Origin: a virus
Taxonomy: Duplodnaviria; Heunggongvirae; Uroviricota; Caudoviricetes
Virus record (IMG/VR): IMGVR_UViG_3300017917_002605
Span: 46,471 to 110,470 of that record
Reading direction: 5' to 3' (one strand)
DNA length: 64,000 nt
Shown: in pieces, positions 36,270 to 43,129 of the stretch
Position numbering within the stretch: the stretch's first letter is position 1
How the letters are laid out: each line of letters starts with the position of its first letter
Notes under the pieces: model-generated
Seen by the model: only the letters and a program-made list of their open reading frames with translations
What the model was told of the DNA's origin: nothing
Databases searched by the model: none
Made by a program: the position numbers and the translations under genes

Positions 36270-36836
36270 ATGCCTAGTGTGTTCCTTGTAAGCGATACGC
36301 ATTTTGGTCACGCAGGTGTTTGTAGATTCTTGCGTGAAGATGGAACGAAACTTAGACCATGGGACAATCCAGATGAAATGGATGAATACATGGTGAAAGT
36401 TTGGAACGAAACAGTAAAACCAACTGATAAAGTTTATCATTTGGGTGATGTTGTGATTAACCGCAAAGCACTTAACATTCTTCATCGTTTGAACGGTGAC
36501 AAAGTGTTGATTCGTGGTAACCATGATATTTTTCGTGATGATGAATATAGAAAGTTCTTTAGAGAGCTTCGTGCTTATCATGTGATGAACGGTATGATTC
36601 TTAGTCATATTCCGTTGCATCCAGAAAGTCTTGGCCGTTTTGGTGTAAACATTCACGGACACCTTCATGCTCAAAGAGTTATGGTGGACAATGGTTATGG
36701 TGGTCGTGTTATTGACCCCCGTTATCATTGTGTCTGTGTTGAACAAACTGATTTTAGGCCAATCTTGTTTGAAGATGTGCTCAAGCGTATCAACGAAGAA
36801 GGTGGTCAGATAGGTTTCAAAAACGGAAACAGATAA
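36270..36836 (+). CDS. Ser/Thr metallophosphatase (calcineurin-like phosphoesterase)
   Basis: DTHFGH…GDVV…RGNHD metallophosphoesterase motifs; embedded in the tRNA array. Confidence 0.75.
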   Translation: MPSVFLVSDTHFGHAGVCRFLREDGTKLRPWDNPDEMDEYMVKVWNETVKPTDKVYHLGDVVINRKALNILHRLNGDKVLIRGNHDIFRDDEYRKFFRELRAYHVMNGMILSHIPLHPESLGRFGVNIHGHLHAQRVMVDNGYGGRVIDPRYHCVCVEQTDFRPILFEDVLKRINEEGGQIGFKNGNR

Positions 36837-36837
36837 T

Positions 36838-36929
36838 GGAAGGTTGGTCGAGAGGCTGAAGACAACGGTTTGCTAAACCGTCCACCGTTAAAAGACGGTG
36901 CGTGGGTTCGAATCCCACACCTTCCACCA
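36838..36929 (+). tRNA. tRNA-Ser (GCT), type II
   Basis: ACGGT-TTGCTAA-ACCGT; variable-arm hairpin; CCA encoded. Confidence 0.8.
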
Positions 36930-36930
36930 T

Positions 36931-37023
36931 GCCTCGGTAGTTTAATGGTAGAACGCCGGCCTTATACACCGTTTATCGCCAGATTAGCGAGTAGTGGGGG
37001 TTCGAATCCCTCCCGAGGTACCA
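36931..37023 (+). tRNA. type II tRNA, isotype uncertain (anticodon region reads TAT; weak anticodon stem)
   Basis: Good acceptor, D, variable-arm hairpin and T-arm; anticodon stem has only 3 clean pairs. Confidence 0.45.
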
Positions 37024-37127
37024 ATAAATTCTTGCAAGAAGAAAACACTGCGTCCTGAGCCTCACCGGGCGGTATGTCAGTTACAAAACAGTAGGGTAAG
37101 AGCCCCTAGGAGAGGCACGAATTTTAT

Positions 37128-37217
37128 AGTGAGATGGATGAGTGGTTTAAGTCGCCACCCTGGAAAGGTGGTTTATCTGCAAAGGTAACGTGGGTTCGAA
37201 TCCCACTCTCACTGCCA
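37128..37217 (+). tRNA. tRNA-Ser (GGA), type II
   Basis: CCACC-CTGGAAA-GGTGG; acceptor AGTGAGA/TCTCACT. Confidence 0.75.
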
Positions 37218-37218
37218 A

Positions 37219-37295
37219 GCCCAAGTAGCGCAATAGGTAGAGGCAACAGATTCAAAACCTGTACAGTGTGAGTTCGAATCTCACCTTGGGCACCA
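37219..37295 (+). tRNA. tRNA, isotype uncertain (loop TTCAAAA reads CAA)
   Basis: Acceptor GCCCAAG/CTTGGGC, good T-arm; weak D-stem. Confidence 0.5.
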
Positions 37296-37379
37296 TATTG
37301 AAACATACTTAACACTAAGAGGACTTAAGCTGGTAGTGCAGTTGTAGTCGCCGTGTGAGCACCTAGTGTGTTTCAATAT

Positions 37380-37454
37380 GGGTTGTAAACTTTGATGATG
37401 AAGTCCTGCCTCTTAAGCAGAGAGAAGACAGTTTGAATCTGTCACGACCCACCA
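37380..37454 (+). tRNA. tRNA-Lys (CTT)
   Basis: Acceptor GGGTTGT/ACGACCC; loop CTCTTAA. Confidence 0.6.
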
Positions 37455-37461
37455 GGTTTAT

Positions 37462-37539
37462 GTGCGTGTGTAGCTGAATTGGTTAGGCAGCGGATTGCAA
37501 ATCCGTATCATGCAGGTTCAAGTCCTGTCACGCACTCCA
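37462..37539 (+). tRNA. tRNA-Cys (GCA)
   Basis: Anticodon arm GCGGATTGCAAATCCGT identical to E. coli tRNA-Cys. Confidence 0.8.
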
Positions 37540-37576
37540 GACAGTGTTGTTTTTCGGCAACAGTCTAAAATAATGC

Positions 37577-37604
37577 TTGACTTCTGAACCGGTTCATGTA
37601 CAAT
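37577..37604 (+). promoter_or_regulatory. sigma70-like promoter TTGACT-N16-TACAAT
   Basis: Internal to the tRNA array. Confidence 0.5.
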
Positions 37605-37665
37605 ACACGTATCGATTGAGATATCAAGTTAAACGTGATGTTGTTAAAAAGAAACAACAAAACGC

Positions 37666-37694
37666 TTGACAAGAGACTTGAGTTGTGTTATAAT
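37666..37694 (+). promoter_or_regulatory. consensus sigma70 promoter TTGACA-N17-TATAAT
   Basis: Followed by the same conserved leader as at 35497. Confidence 0.65.
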
Positions 37695-37702
37695 TCTAGT
37701 CT

Positions 37703-37724
37703 GTTCTTTAAAAATTTGAATGAC
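37703..37724 (+). repeat. conserved 22-mer leader element, copy 2
   Basis: Begins ~8 nt after the -10, as copy 1 does. Confidence 0.55.
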
Positions 37725-37728
37725 AAAT

Positions 37729-37805
37729 GCACCTATCGTCTAATTGGTTAGGACGCTAGACTTTCAATCTGGAAACGTGGGGTTCGAATCCCCCTAGGTG
37801 TACCA
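37729..37805 (+). tRNA. tRNA-Glu (TTC)
   Basis: CTAGA-CTTTCAA-TCTGG. Confidence 0.75.
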
Positions 37806-37896
37806 TATAAAAACACATTCTAAAACATAAAGATTTAGTATTGTCAAGGGGTACTTTCAGCACATCCCTGAATGTGTTTCTATATGGTAAGTTTAT

Positions 37897-37983
37897 GGAG
37901 GTGTGGCAGAGCGGTCGATTGCGGCAGACTGTAAATCTGTTTCCCAAAAGGACACGGTGGTTCAAATCCATCCGCCTCCACCA
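37897..37983 (+). tRNA. tRNA-Tyr (GTA), type II
   Basis: Anticodon arm GCAGACTGTAAATCTG as in E. coli tRNA-Tyr. Confidence 0.85.
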
Positions 37984-38114
37984 ATTCGCACGGCCTCGCA
38001 GCGTGTGTCAATCCTGAAATAGGTTCAGGCGTGTAAAGTTCGTGGCAACGTCAGTTGTCATTTTCGGTACCTACGAAAAAGGTACGGCTAAAGTTCGTAA
38101 TGCCAATGAATTCT

Positions 38115-38189
38115 GCCTCGTTAATATAGTGGCTATTATATCCGACTGTCCATCGGAAGATAGGGGTTCGATTCCCCTACGGGGCGCCA
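38115..38189 (+). tRNA. tRNA-Asp (GTC)
   Basis: TCCGA-CTGTCCA-TCGGA. Confidence 0.75.
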
Positions 38190-38247
38190 ATTTTAAAGGA
38201 AACAAAATGAAACGAAAACGTAAATCTGAAAAGACCCGAAAACTTAT

Positions 38248-38322
38248 GGGGGTATAACTTAACGGCTAAAGTAGTAGGCTTTTAACCTATTAATCAGAGT
38301 TCGATTCTCTGTGCCCCTACCA
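38248..38322 (+). tRNA. tRNA-Lys (TTT)
   Basis: GTAGG-CTTTTAA-CCTAT. Confidence 0.75.
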
Positions 38323-38345
38323 ATATTTTTCACTAAAGGATCCAT

Positions 38346-38840
38346 ATGAAAACTGTTAATTATGATTTTAGTAAAGACTTGCCGATTGCTAAGAAAACCG
38401 AAGCACAAATCGCCAAGTATTTGATTGATACACAAGACATGAGTTTTATCGGTACGTCCGATACACTGCCAAATGTCAAGCGCTCTGATTTTGATATTCG
38501 AATGAAATTCAATAAGAGTGGCAAGGTTGTTGATATTGAAATTAAAGAAGACTTTAGTTGTGCTAGGACCGGTAATATCGGTGTTGAGTGTGAAAGTTGG
38601 GGTCGTAAGTCTGGTATTGAAATTTCAAAAGCAGATTTCTATCTTTACAAAATTCATATGTCTGATGGTAAGATTGGTGCATACATCATTCCTACCAAAA
38701 AGTTGAAACAGTTGATTACTGATGAAAAGTATCATCGCATCGTTGTTGGTGGTGACCCTGGTTCCTTCAGTAAGAATTATTTGTTTAAGTTGAGTGTGGT
38801 GTTTGAGAATTTTAAATTTCTTGGAAACCTCACAGAATAA
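38346..38840 (+). CDS. hypothetical protein (possible PD-(D/E)XK-like nuclease) inside the tRNA array
   Basis: RBS AAAGGATCCATATG; …SDFDI…VVDIEIKED motif. Confidence 0.45.
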   Translation: MKTVNYDFSKDLPIAKKTEAQIAKYLIDTQDMSFIGTSDTLPNVKRSDFDIRMKFNKSGKVVDIEIKEDFSCARTGNIGVECESWGRKSGIEISKADFYLYKIHMSDGKIGAYIIPTKKLKQLITDEKYHRIVVGGDPGSFSKNYLFKLSVVFENFKFLGNLTE

Positions 38841-38845
38841 TTTAT

Positions 38846-38922
38846 TCCCCAGTAGCACAGATGGTAGTTGCGTCTGACTGTTAATCAGAATGTCCGTGGT
38901 TCGAACCCACGCTGGGGAGCCA
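38846..38922 (+). tRNA. tRNA-Asn (GTT), second copy
   Basis: TCTGA-CTGTTAA-TCAGA; ends …GAGCCA. Confidence 0.7.
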
Positions 38923-38929
38923 AGTTAAT

Positions 38930-39005
38930 GCCGGTGTAGCTCAGTTGGTAGAGCAGCGCTCTTGTAAAGCGAAGGTCGAGGGTTCAAATCCTTTCTCCGG
39001 CACCA
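38930..39005 (+). tRNA. tRNA-Thr (TGT)
   Basis: Loop CTTGTAA. Confidence 0.75.
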
Positions 39006-39076
39006 GTTTTAGGATGCATTCAGCAAATCTTTTAAATTTCACTGTTAATGAAACTAAAAGCGCATCCTGTTGTTTA
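39006..39076 (+). repeat. spacer hairpin cassette with anticodon-stem-loop-like cargo (TTTCA-CTGTTAA-TGAAA)
   Basis: TTTTAGGATGC…GCATCCTGTTGTTTA. Confidence 0.55.
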
Positions 39077-39080
39077 ATAA

Positions 39081-39158
39081 CCGAGTATAGGCTAGCCCGG
39101 TCAAGTCACTTGCTTTGGGAGCAAGATATCGCAGGTTCGAATCCTGCTACTCGGACCA
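39081..39158 (+). tRNA. tRNA-Pro (TGG)
   Basis: CTTGC-TTTGGGA-GCAAG. Confidence 0.75.
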
Positions 39159-39164
39159 ATTCAT

Positions 39165-39240
39165 GGGGGATTGGTGCTAATTGGGAACACACGGCCCTTG
39201 CAAGGCTGAGTAAGCGGTTCGAATCCGCTATCCTCCACCA
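39165..39240 (+). tRNA. tRNA-Ala (TGC)
   Basis: G3·U70 present; loop CTTGCAA. Confidence 0.8.
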
Positions 39241-39310
39241 GTTTTAGGATTCTTTCAGCAAATAAAAAAAACTTTACTGGAAATAAAGCAAAACGGAATC
39301 CTGTTGTTTA
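39241..39310 (+). repeat. spacer hairpin cassette with ASL-like cargo (CTTTA-CTGGAAA-TAAAG)
   Basis: TTTTAGGATTC…GGAATCCTGTTGTTTA. Confidence 0.55.
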
Positions 39311-39311
39311 T

Positions 39312-39387
39312 GCCGATATAGCTCAGGTGGTAGAGCAGCGGATTGAAAATCCGTGTGTCCCAAGTTCGACTCTTGGTATCGGCACCA
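39312..39387 (+). tRNA. tRNA-Phe (GAA)
   Basis: GCGGA-TTGAAAA-TCCGT. Confidence 0.85.
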
Positions 39388-39588
39388 TAAGAATGATAAC
39401 TGAATGTCAGATGTTGTGAAAGTGTGTTGGGGCACCGATGCATGAGTTGTGAATCTCCGAGAATGAGGCTAAACTATACAAGCAACAAGTAATGACTACA
39501 ACTGATGTACCCTACCGAGTGGCGCCAAAATTACTCGATAATGTGGTTGATGTATGTGGCAACCAAATTTAGTTATCATTCTTATGGT
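39386..39588 (+). repeat. ~200-nt non-coding segment closed by a perfect 15-bp inverted repeat (ATAAGAATGATAACT / AGTTATCATTCTTAT)
   Basis: Long-range stem; no tRNA fold inside; candidate structured RNA. Confidence 0.45.
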
Positions 39589-39661
39589 GATGTAGTTCAG
39601 TTGGTAGAACACCTCCTTCATACGGAGATTGTCGGGAGTTCGAATCTCTCCATCACTACCA
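39586..39661 (+). tRNA. tRNA-Met (CAT), copy 1
   Basis: Loop TTCATAC. Confidence 0.7.
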
Positions 39662-39669
39662 AATTCAAT

Positions 39670-39746
39670 ACGCCGTTAGCTCAACTGAATAGAGCACCTG
39701 GCTACGAACCAGGAGGTTGGGGGTTTGAATCCCTCATGGCGTGCCA
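39670..39746 (+). tRNA. tRNA-Arg (ACG)
   Basis: CCTGG-CTACGAA-CCAGG. Confidence 0.75.
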
Positions 39747-39751
39747 ATTTT

Positions 39752-39826
39752 AGCCGTGTAGCTCAGAGGAAGAGCAATCGCTTGATAAGCGATAGGTCGA
39801 CATTTCGAAACTGTCCATGGCTACCA
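39752..39826 (+). tRNA. tRNA-Ile (GAT)
   Basis: ATCGC-TTGATAA-GCGAT; unusual T-stem (53-61 U·C). Confidence 0.65.
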
Positions 39827-39830
39827 TTTA

Positions 39831-39900
39831 AAGGTTAGGTTCAGCAAATAAAATGCATTCAACTTGTAATTGAAAAACGCAAAAAACTAACCTGTTGTCT
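39831..39900 (+). repeat. spacer hairpin cassette with ASL-like cargo (TTCAA-CTTGTAA-TTGAA)
   Basis: GGTTAGGTTCAGCAAA…CTAACCTGTTGTCTG. Confidence 0.5.
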
Positions 39901-39902
39901 GT

Positions 39903-39976
39903 ATCTCGCTGGTGTAACGGCAGCATGTCGGTCTCCAAAACCGTTGGTCGGGGTTCGAATCCCTGGCGGGATGCCA
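39903..39976 (+). tRNA. tRNA-Trp (CCA)
   Basis: CGGT-CTCCAAA-ACCG as in E. coli tRNA-Trp. Confidence 0.7.
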
Positions 39977-39998
39977 TTTTTAAAAGAAGGTGTGAATT

Positions 39999-40481
39999 AT
40001 GAGAAAGTTAAATTTACAAGAAGTCAAAGCATTCATCGATGCACAATCACCAGATACGAAAGTTTATCTTGGTGCCGACTCCGAACGATTTAATCTGAAC
40101 GGAGTGTGGTACGCTGACTACACTCTAGCTATTGTGGTTCACATCAACGGTAATAACGGTTGTAAGATTTTCGGTGAAGTGCAACGTGAAAGAGATTATG
40201 ACCAAAGAAAAGATAAACCGTCAATGAGATTGATGAACGAAGTGTACAAAGTTGCGGAACTATTCCAGGAACTTTCAGATGTTCTAGAAGATAGACATGT
40301 TGAAGTCCACCTAGATATTAACCCTAACGAAATGCACGGTAGTTCATGCGTTATTTCACAAGCGGTTGGTTATATCAGAGGTACATGTAATGTGATTCCT
40401 TTGGTGAAACCACAAGCATTTGCGGCTTCTTACGCAGCAGACAGACTAAAGTTTGTTTTGTCTCACAAGAAAGCAGCTTAA
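39999..40481 (+). CDS. hypothetical protein (possibly RNase-H-like fold) inside the tRNA array
   Basis: RBS AAAGAAGGTG; 160 aa. Confidence 0.5.
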   Translation: MRKLNLQEVKAFIDAQSPDTKVYLGADSERFNLNGVWYADYTLAIVVHINGNNGCKIFGEVQRERDYDQRKDKPSMRLMNEVYKVAELFQELSDVLEDRHVEVHLDINPNEMHGSSCVISQAVGYIRGTCNVIPLVKPQAFAASYAADRLKFVLSHKKAA

Positions 40482-40488
40482 TCAACAT

Positions 40489-40561
40489 GCGGGTATTCTC
40501 CTGGGAGAGGACTCTGCCTTCCAAGCAGATGAAGCCGGTTCGAATCCGACTACCCGCTCCA
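40489..40561 (+). tRNA. tRNA-Gly (TCC)
   Basis: TCTGC-CTTCCAA-GCAGA. Confidence 0.75.
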
Positions 40562-40562
40562 T

Positions 40563-40680
40563 GTTTTAGGTTACTTACAGCAACTCTAACATAAACGTTA
40601 GGTAACTGGTTCGATTCCAGTTTTACGCTCATGCGTGAATAGCTCATTTGGTAGAGCAGACGAAGAAAGTAACCTGTTGT
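40563..40680 (+). ncRNA. candidate Y-RNA-like (YrlA-like) RNA: 9-bp terminal stem enclosing a circularly permuted tRNA-like module (T-arm, acceptor 3', 4-nt loop, acceptor 5', D-arm) with no anticodon arm
   Basis: AGGTTACTT…AAGTAACCT terminal stem; CTGG-TTCGATT-CCAG T-arm; TTTTACGC / GCGTGAA pairs 7/7; canonical D-arm TAGCTCATTTGGTAGAGCA; ~270 nt upstream of a Ro60/TROVE-like gene. Confidence 0.45.
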
Positions 40681-40704
40681 GTGCCACGTTTGCCTGAAAA
40701 TGAC

Positions 40705-40733
40705 TTGACAGGCAAACGCAAATACTGTAGAAT
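40705..40733 (+). promoter_or_regulatory. consensus sigma70 promoter TTGACA-N17-TAGAAT, with the -35 inside a hairpin GTTTGCCTG…CAGGCAAAC
   Basis: Hexamers and spacing; flanking inverted repeat. Confidence 0.6.
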
Positions 40734-40747
40734 ACACAGTATTGAAA

Positions 40748-40877
40748 GTTCTAGGATAGTTACAGCAAACATCATACTAACGGCTAATACCCGTATCAAG
40801 ATGGTCTGGTTCGCCGGACGAAGTGTGTTTCGAATTTCACACTCTAAAGAAAAAGTAGAAAGCTATCCTGTTGTTTT
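40748..40877 (+). repeat. spacer hairpin cassette carrying tRNA-fragment-like sequences (GGTTCGCC, TTTCGAATTTCACAC) and duplicated GACGAAG
   Basis: CTAGGATAGTT…AGCTATCCTGTTGTTTT terminal repeat. Confidence 0.45.
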
Positions 40878-40950
40878 AAAATTTGGGTTCAGTTCAGCAA
40901 TCGAAATTTCTATTATATCGGAAAAGATGAACCCGTTGAAAGGAAAAATT

Positions 40951-42378
40951 ATGAATACTTTTGTTAATGCAGTAGTAAATCAAGAAGCACGTACCACCAA
41001 CGGCATGATGGCTCGTAAGGGTACTGCTAATGCAGTTGTAGACCTGTTCTACAAGATTGGTGGTTCCCGTGGTAAGGATATCACAAAGGATTTCGTTGCA
41101 GCTCTGGTTGAAAACGAAGACCTTGCATTGCGTGTTGCTCTATGGGCTCGTGATGCACGTGGTGGTGCCGGTGAACGTCAATTGTTCCGTGATATTTTGA
41201 AGTATCTGGAAAAGAATCGTCCTGACCTAGCAGAACGTGTGCTGGCCAAGGTCCCTGAATTGGGTCGTTGGGACGATGTGTTTGTCTTTGAAACCAAGGA
41301 ATTGAAGTCAAAGGCTTACACCATGTTGGGTGATGCTCTACGTGCTAAGAATGGTCTAGCAGCAAAATGGACCCCACGTAAAGGCCAAATCGCACGTGAA
41401 ATTCGTGAGTTCTTTGGTATGTCACCCAAGTTCTATCGTAAGTCGCTGGTTGAATTGACCAACGTTGTAGAACAAAAAATGTGTGCTAAGGATTGGAATG
41501 ATATCAACTTTAGCCATGTACCTTCTGTAGCGTCTGCTCGCTACAAGAAAGCATTCTACCGTAACGCAACTGAAGCATACTCTGCCTACGTTGCATCACT
41601 GGTAAAGGGTGATAACCCTAAAGTGAAGGTAAATGCAGGTGCAGTGTTCCCATACGATGTGCTGAAAGGCGTAATCGGTTCATACAACATGAACTACAAT
41701 AAGACCGAATTGGACTTGTTGACCAAACAATGGGAATCTCTGGAAAACTTTGTTGGTGATGCAAACGTATTGCCACTGGTTGACGTTTCTGGTTCTATGA
41801 CTTGTCCTACCGGCGGTTATGGTTCTAAGAGCAAGACCACTTGTCTAGATGTTGCAGTATCTTTGGGTCTGTACTTGGCTGACAAGAACAAAGGTAAGTT
41901 CAAGGATACGTTCCTGACTTTCTCTGGTTCTCCAGAACTGTTGCACCTAAAAGGTAACATTGTTCAGAAGGTTCAACAAATGGTGTCCTCTACTTGGGGC
42001 ATGAATACTGACCTAGTGAAAGCTATGGACAAGATTCTGAAGACTGCTGTACAAGGTGGTGTTCCTCAAGAAGAAATGCCAGAAATTCTTCTGATTCTGT
42101 CAGACATGCAGTTTGACCAATGTGCCCGTTTCGATGACTCTGCAATGAAGATGATTCAACGCAAGTTCACCGATGCAGGTTATGAAGTACCAAAACTGGT
42201 ATTCTGGAACCTGAATGCACATGACAATGTGCCTGTGAAGTACGATACCCGTGGCGTAGCCCTTGTATCTGGCTTCTCACCAACTTTGATGACTGCTGTT
42301 CTTGGTGGTGATACTGAAAAGTTTACCCCAGAAGCCATCATGTTGAAAGCAATTATGGTTGACCGTTACAACGTTTGA
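40951..42378 (+). CDS. TROVE/Ro60-like (Rsr-like) protein with C-terminal vWA domain
   Basis: MIDAS LPLVDVSGSM; C-terminal segment follows the Ro60 pattern (…ILLILSDMQFD…KLVFWNLNAHDNVPV…GVALVSGFSPTLMTAV); RBS GAAAGGAAAAATTATG; this 475 aa ORF is the same size class as bacterial Rsr (I believe roughly 500-530 aa). The call rests on sequence similarity I could not verify by search here. Confidence 0.55.
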   Translation: MNTFVNAVVNQEARTTNGMMARKGTANAVVDLFYKIGGSRGKDITKDFVAALVENEDLALRVALWARDARGGAGERQLFRDILKYLEKNRPDLAERVLAKVPELGRWDDVFVFETKELKSKAYTMLGDALRAKNGLAAKWTPRKGQIAREIREFFGMSPKFYRKSLVELTNVVEQKMCAKDWNDINFSHVPSVASARYKKAFYRNATEAYSAYVASLVKGDNPKVKVNAGAVFPYDVLKGVIGSYNMNYNKTELDLLTKQWESLENFVGDANVLPLVDVSGSMTCPTGGYGSKSKTTCLDVAVSLGLYLADKNKGKFKDTFLTFSGSPELLHLKGNIVQKVQQMVSSTWGMNTDLVKAMDKILKTAVQGGVPQEEMPEILLILSDMQFDQCARFDDSAMKMIQRKFTDAGYEVPKLVFWNLNAHDNVPVKYDTRGVALVSGFSPTLMTAVLGGDTEKFTPEAIMLKAIMVDRYNV

Positions 42379-42611
42379 CTATATAATAAACTCGTATTAT
42401 GATTTGTACGTTAAGGAAATCAGGTAATTGCCAAACCATAAGAGCACGGTTCGCACGATGAAGATTCTGTTAGCTACAGTGACCGCAAGGCCCGCTTTAC
42501 ATGGGCGACTTGAGAGAATCGTGGGTTGAGAATAGTCTTTTCCAAAAAGAGAATCTGGACAGGGTAACAACTCAGTTAGGGGCGAGGTAGTTCCGTAGCC
42601 TAACAACTTAT
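42379..42611 (+). other. 230-nt non-coding region downstream of the Ro60-like gene (possible second small RNA)
   Basis: No ORF with a start/RBS; hairpins GTTAGG…CCTAAC; position matches where many bacterial Y RNAs lie. Confidence 0.25.
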
Positions 42612-42688
42612 GCGGATATGGTGTTTAACGGTTAGCACGTGACCTTGCCAAGGTTGAAGTTCCAGTTCGAATCTGGATATCCGCTCCA
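42612..42688 (+). tRNA. tRNA-Gly (GCC)
   Basis: TGACC-TTGCCAA-GGTTG. Confidence 0.8.
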
Positions 42689-42699
42689 GTTCCCTTAGG

Positions 42700-42772
42700 G
42701 GTGTCATTAGTGTAGTGGTCTGCACGCCATGTTGTGACCGTGGCAGTATGAGTTCAATCCTCATATGACACC
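42700..42772 (+). tRNA. tRNA-His (GTG) with encoded G-1
   Basis: G-1:C73 extra pair; CCATG-TTGTGAC-CGTGG. Confidence 0.8.
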
Positions 42773-42786
42773 CCTAAGTGAATTAT

Positions 42787-42861
42787 GCTTCGATAGCTCA
42801 GCGGTAGAGCAACGCCCTTACAAGGCGAAGGTCCAAGGTTCAATCCCTTGTCGAAGCACCA
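42787..42861 (+). tRNA. tRNA-Val (TAC)
   Basis: Loop CTTACAA. Confidence 0.8.
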
Positions 42862-42868
42862 AGATTAT

Positions 42869-42944
42869 TGCGGAGTGGAGAATTGGTATCTCGTCAGTCT
42901 CATAAGCTGAAGACAGTTGGTTCGATTCCAACCTCACGCAACCA
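42869..42944 (+). tRNA. tRNA-Met/fMet-like (CAT), copy 2, with a bulged A in the acceptor stem
   Basis: TCAGT-CTCATAA-GCTGA; acceptor TGCGGAG / CTC(A)CGCA. Confidence 0.5.
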
Positions 42945-42950
42945 AATTAT

Positions 42951-43030
42951 GTGCGTTTGGTCTAAATGTTAGGGCACCATGACATGGGGCTAGAAACCTC
43001 AAGATGCGGGTTCGAATCCCGTAACGCACA
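42951..43030 (+). tRNA. atypical tRNA-like gene (long D region; anticodon loop CTAGAAA)
   Basis: Acceptor GTGCGTT/AACGCAC and T-arm are good; the anticodon cannot be assigned cleanly; no CCA. Confidence 0.35.
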
Positions 43031-43039
43031 CCGAAATAT

Positions 43040-43123
43040 GCCCTGGTGGTGGAATGGTAGACACGCTGGTCTTAGAAACCAGTGCCGCAAGGCGTGGGAG
43101 TTCGAGTCTCCCCTGGGGCACCA
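43040..43123 (+). tRNA. tRNA-Leu (TAG), type II
   Basis: CTGGT-CTTAGAA-ACCAG; variable hairpin. Confidence 0.8.
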
Positions 43124-43129
43124 TCTTTA

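Noticed and set aside
37024-37127. 104-nt gap between two tRNAs with partial acceptor-like complementarity (GCCTC…GAGGC)
   Set aside because: No T-loop or anticodon arm could be folded. It may be a degenerate tRNA or spacer, and there is not enough evidence for a call.
35645-37315. Several minus- and plus-strand ORFs (35645-35899, 35755-35991, 36171-36746, 36870-37058, 36994-37188, 37124-37315) inside the tRNA array
   Set aside because: They run across hand-folded tRNA genes with canonical acceptor, D, anticodon and T arms, so they are artefacts of reading tRNA DNA as protein.
38042-38257. 71-aa + strand ORF ending in a Lys/Arg-rich tail over tRNA-Lys
   Set aside because: It overlaps the tRNA-Asp and tRNA-Lys genes and has no RBS.
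39505-39753. 82-aa + strand ORF
   Set aside because: It spans two tRNA genes (Met 39586, Arg 39670).
40563-40680. Interpreting the permuted tRNA-like element as a functional circularly permuted tRNA gene
   Set aside because: It has no anticodon stem-loop. The ends instead form a long stem, which fits a Y-RNA-type tRNA mimic better than a decoding tRNA.
40648-40950. N-terminal 100-codon extension of the long ORF 40648-42378
   Set aside because: The extension runs through tRNA fragments, a consensus promoter and spacer cassettes. A strong RBS (GAAAGGAAAAATTATG) marks the real start at 40951.
42397-42606. 69-aa minus-strand ORF downstream of the Ro60-like gene
   Set aside because: No RBS and the wrong strand for the local operon. 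I treat the region as non-coding (possible small RNA).
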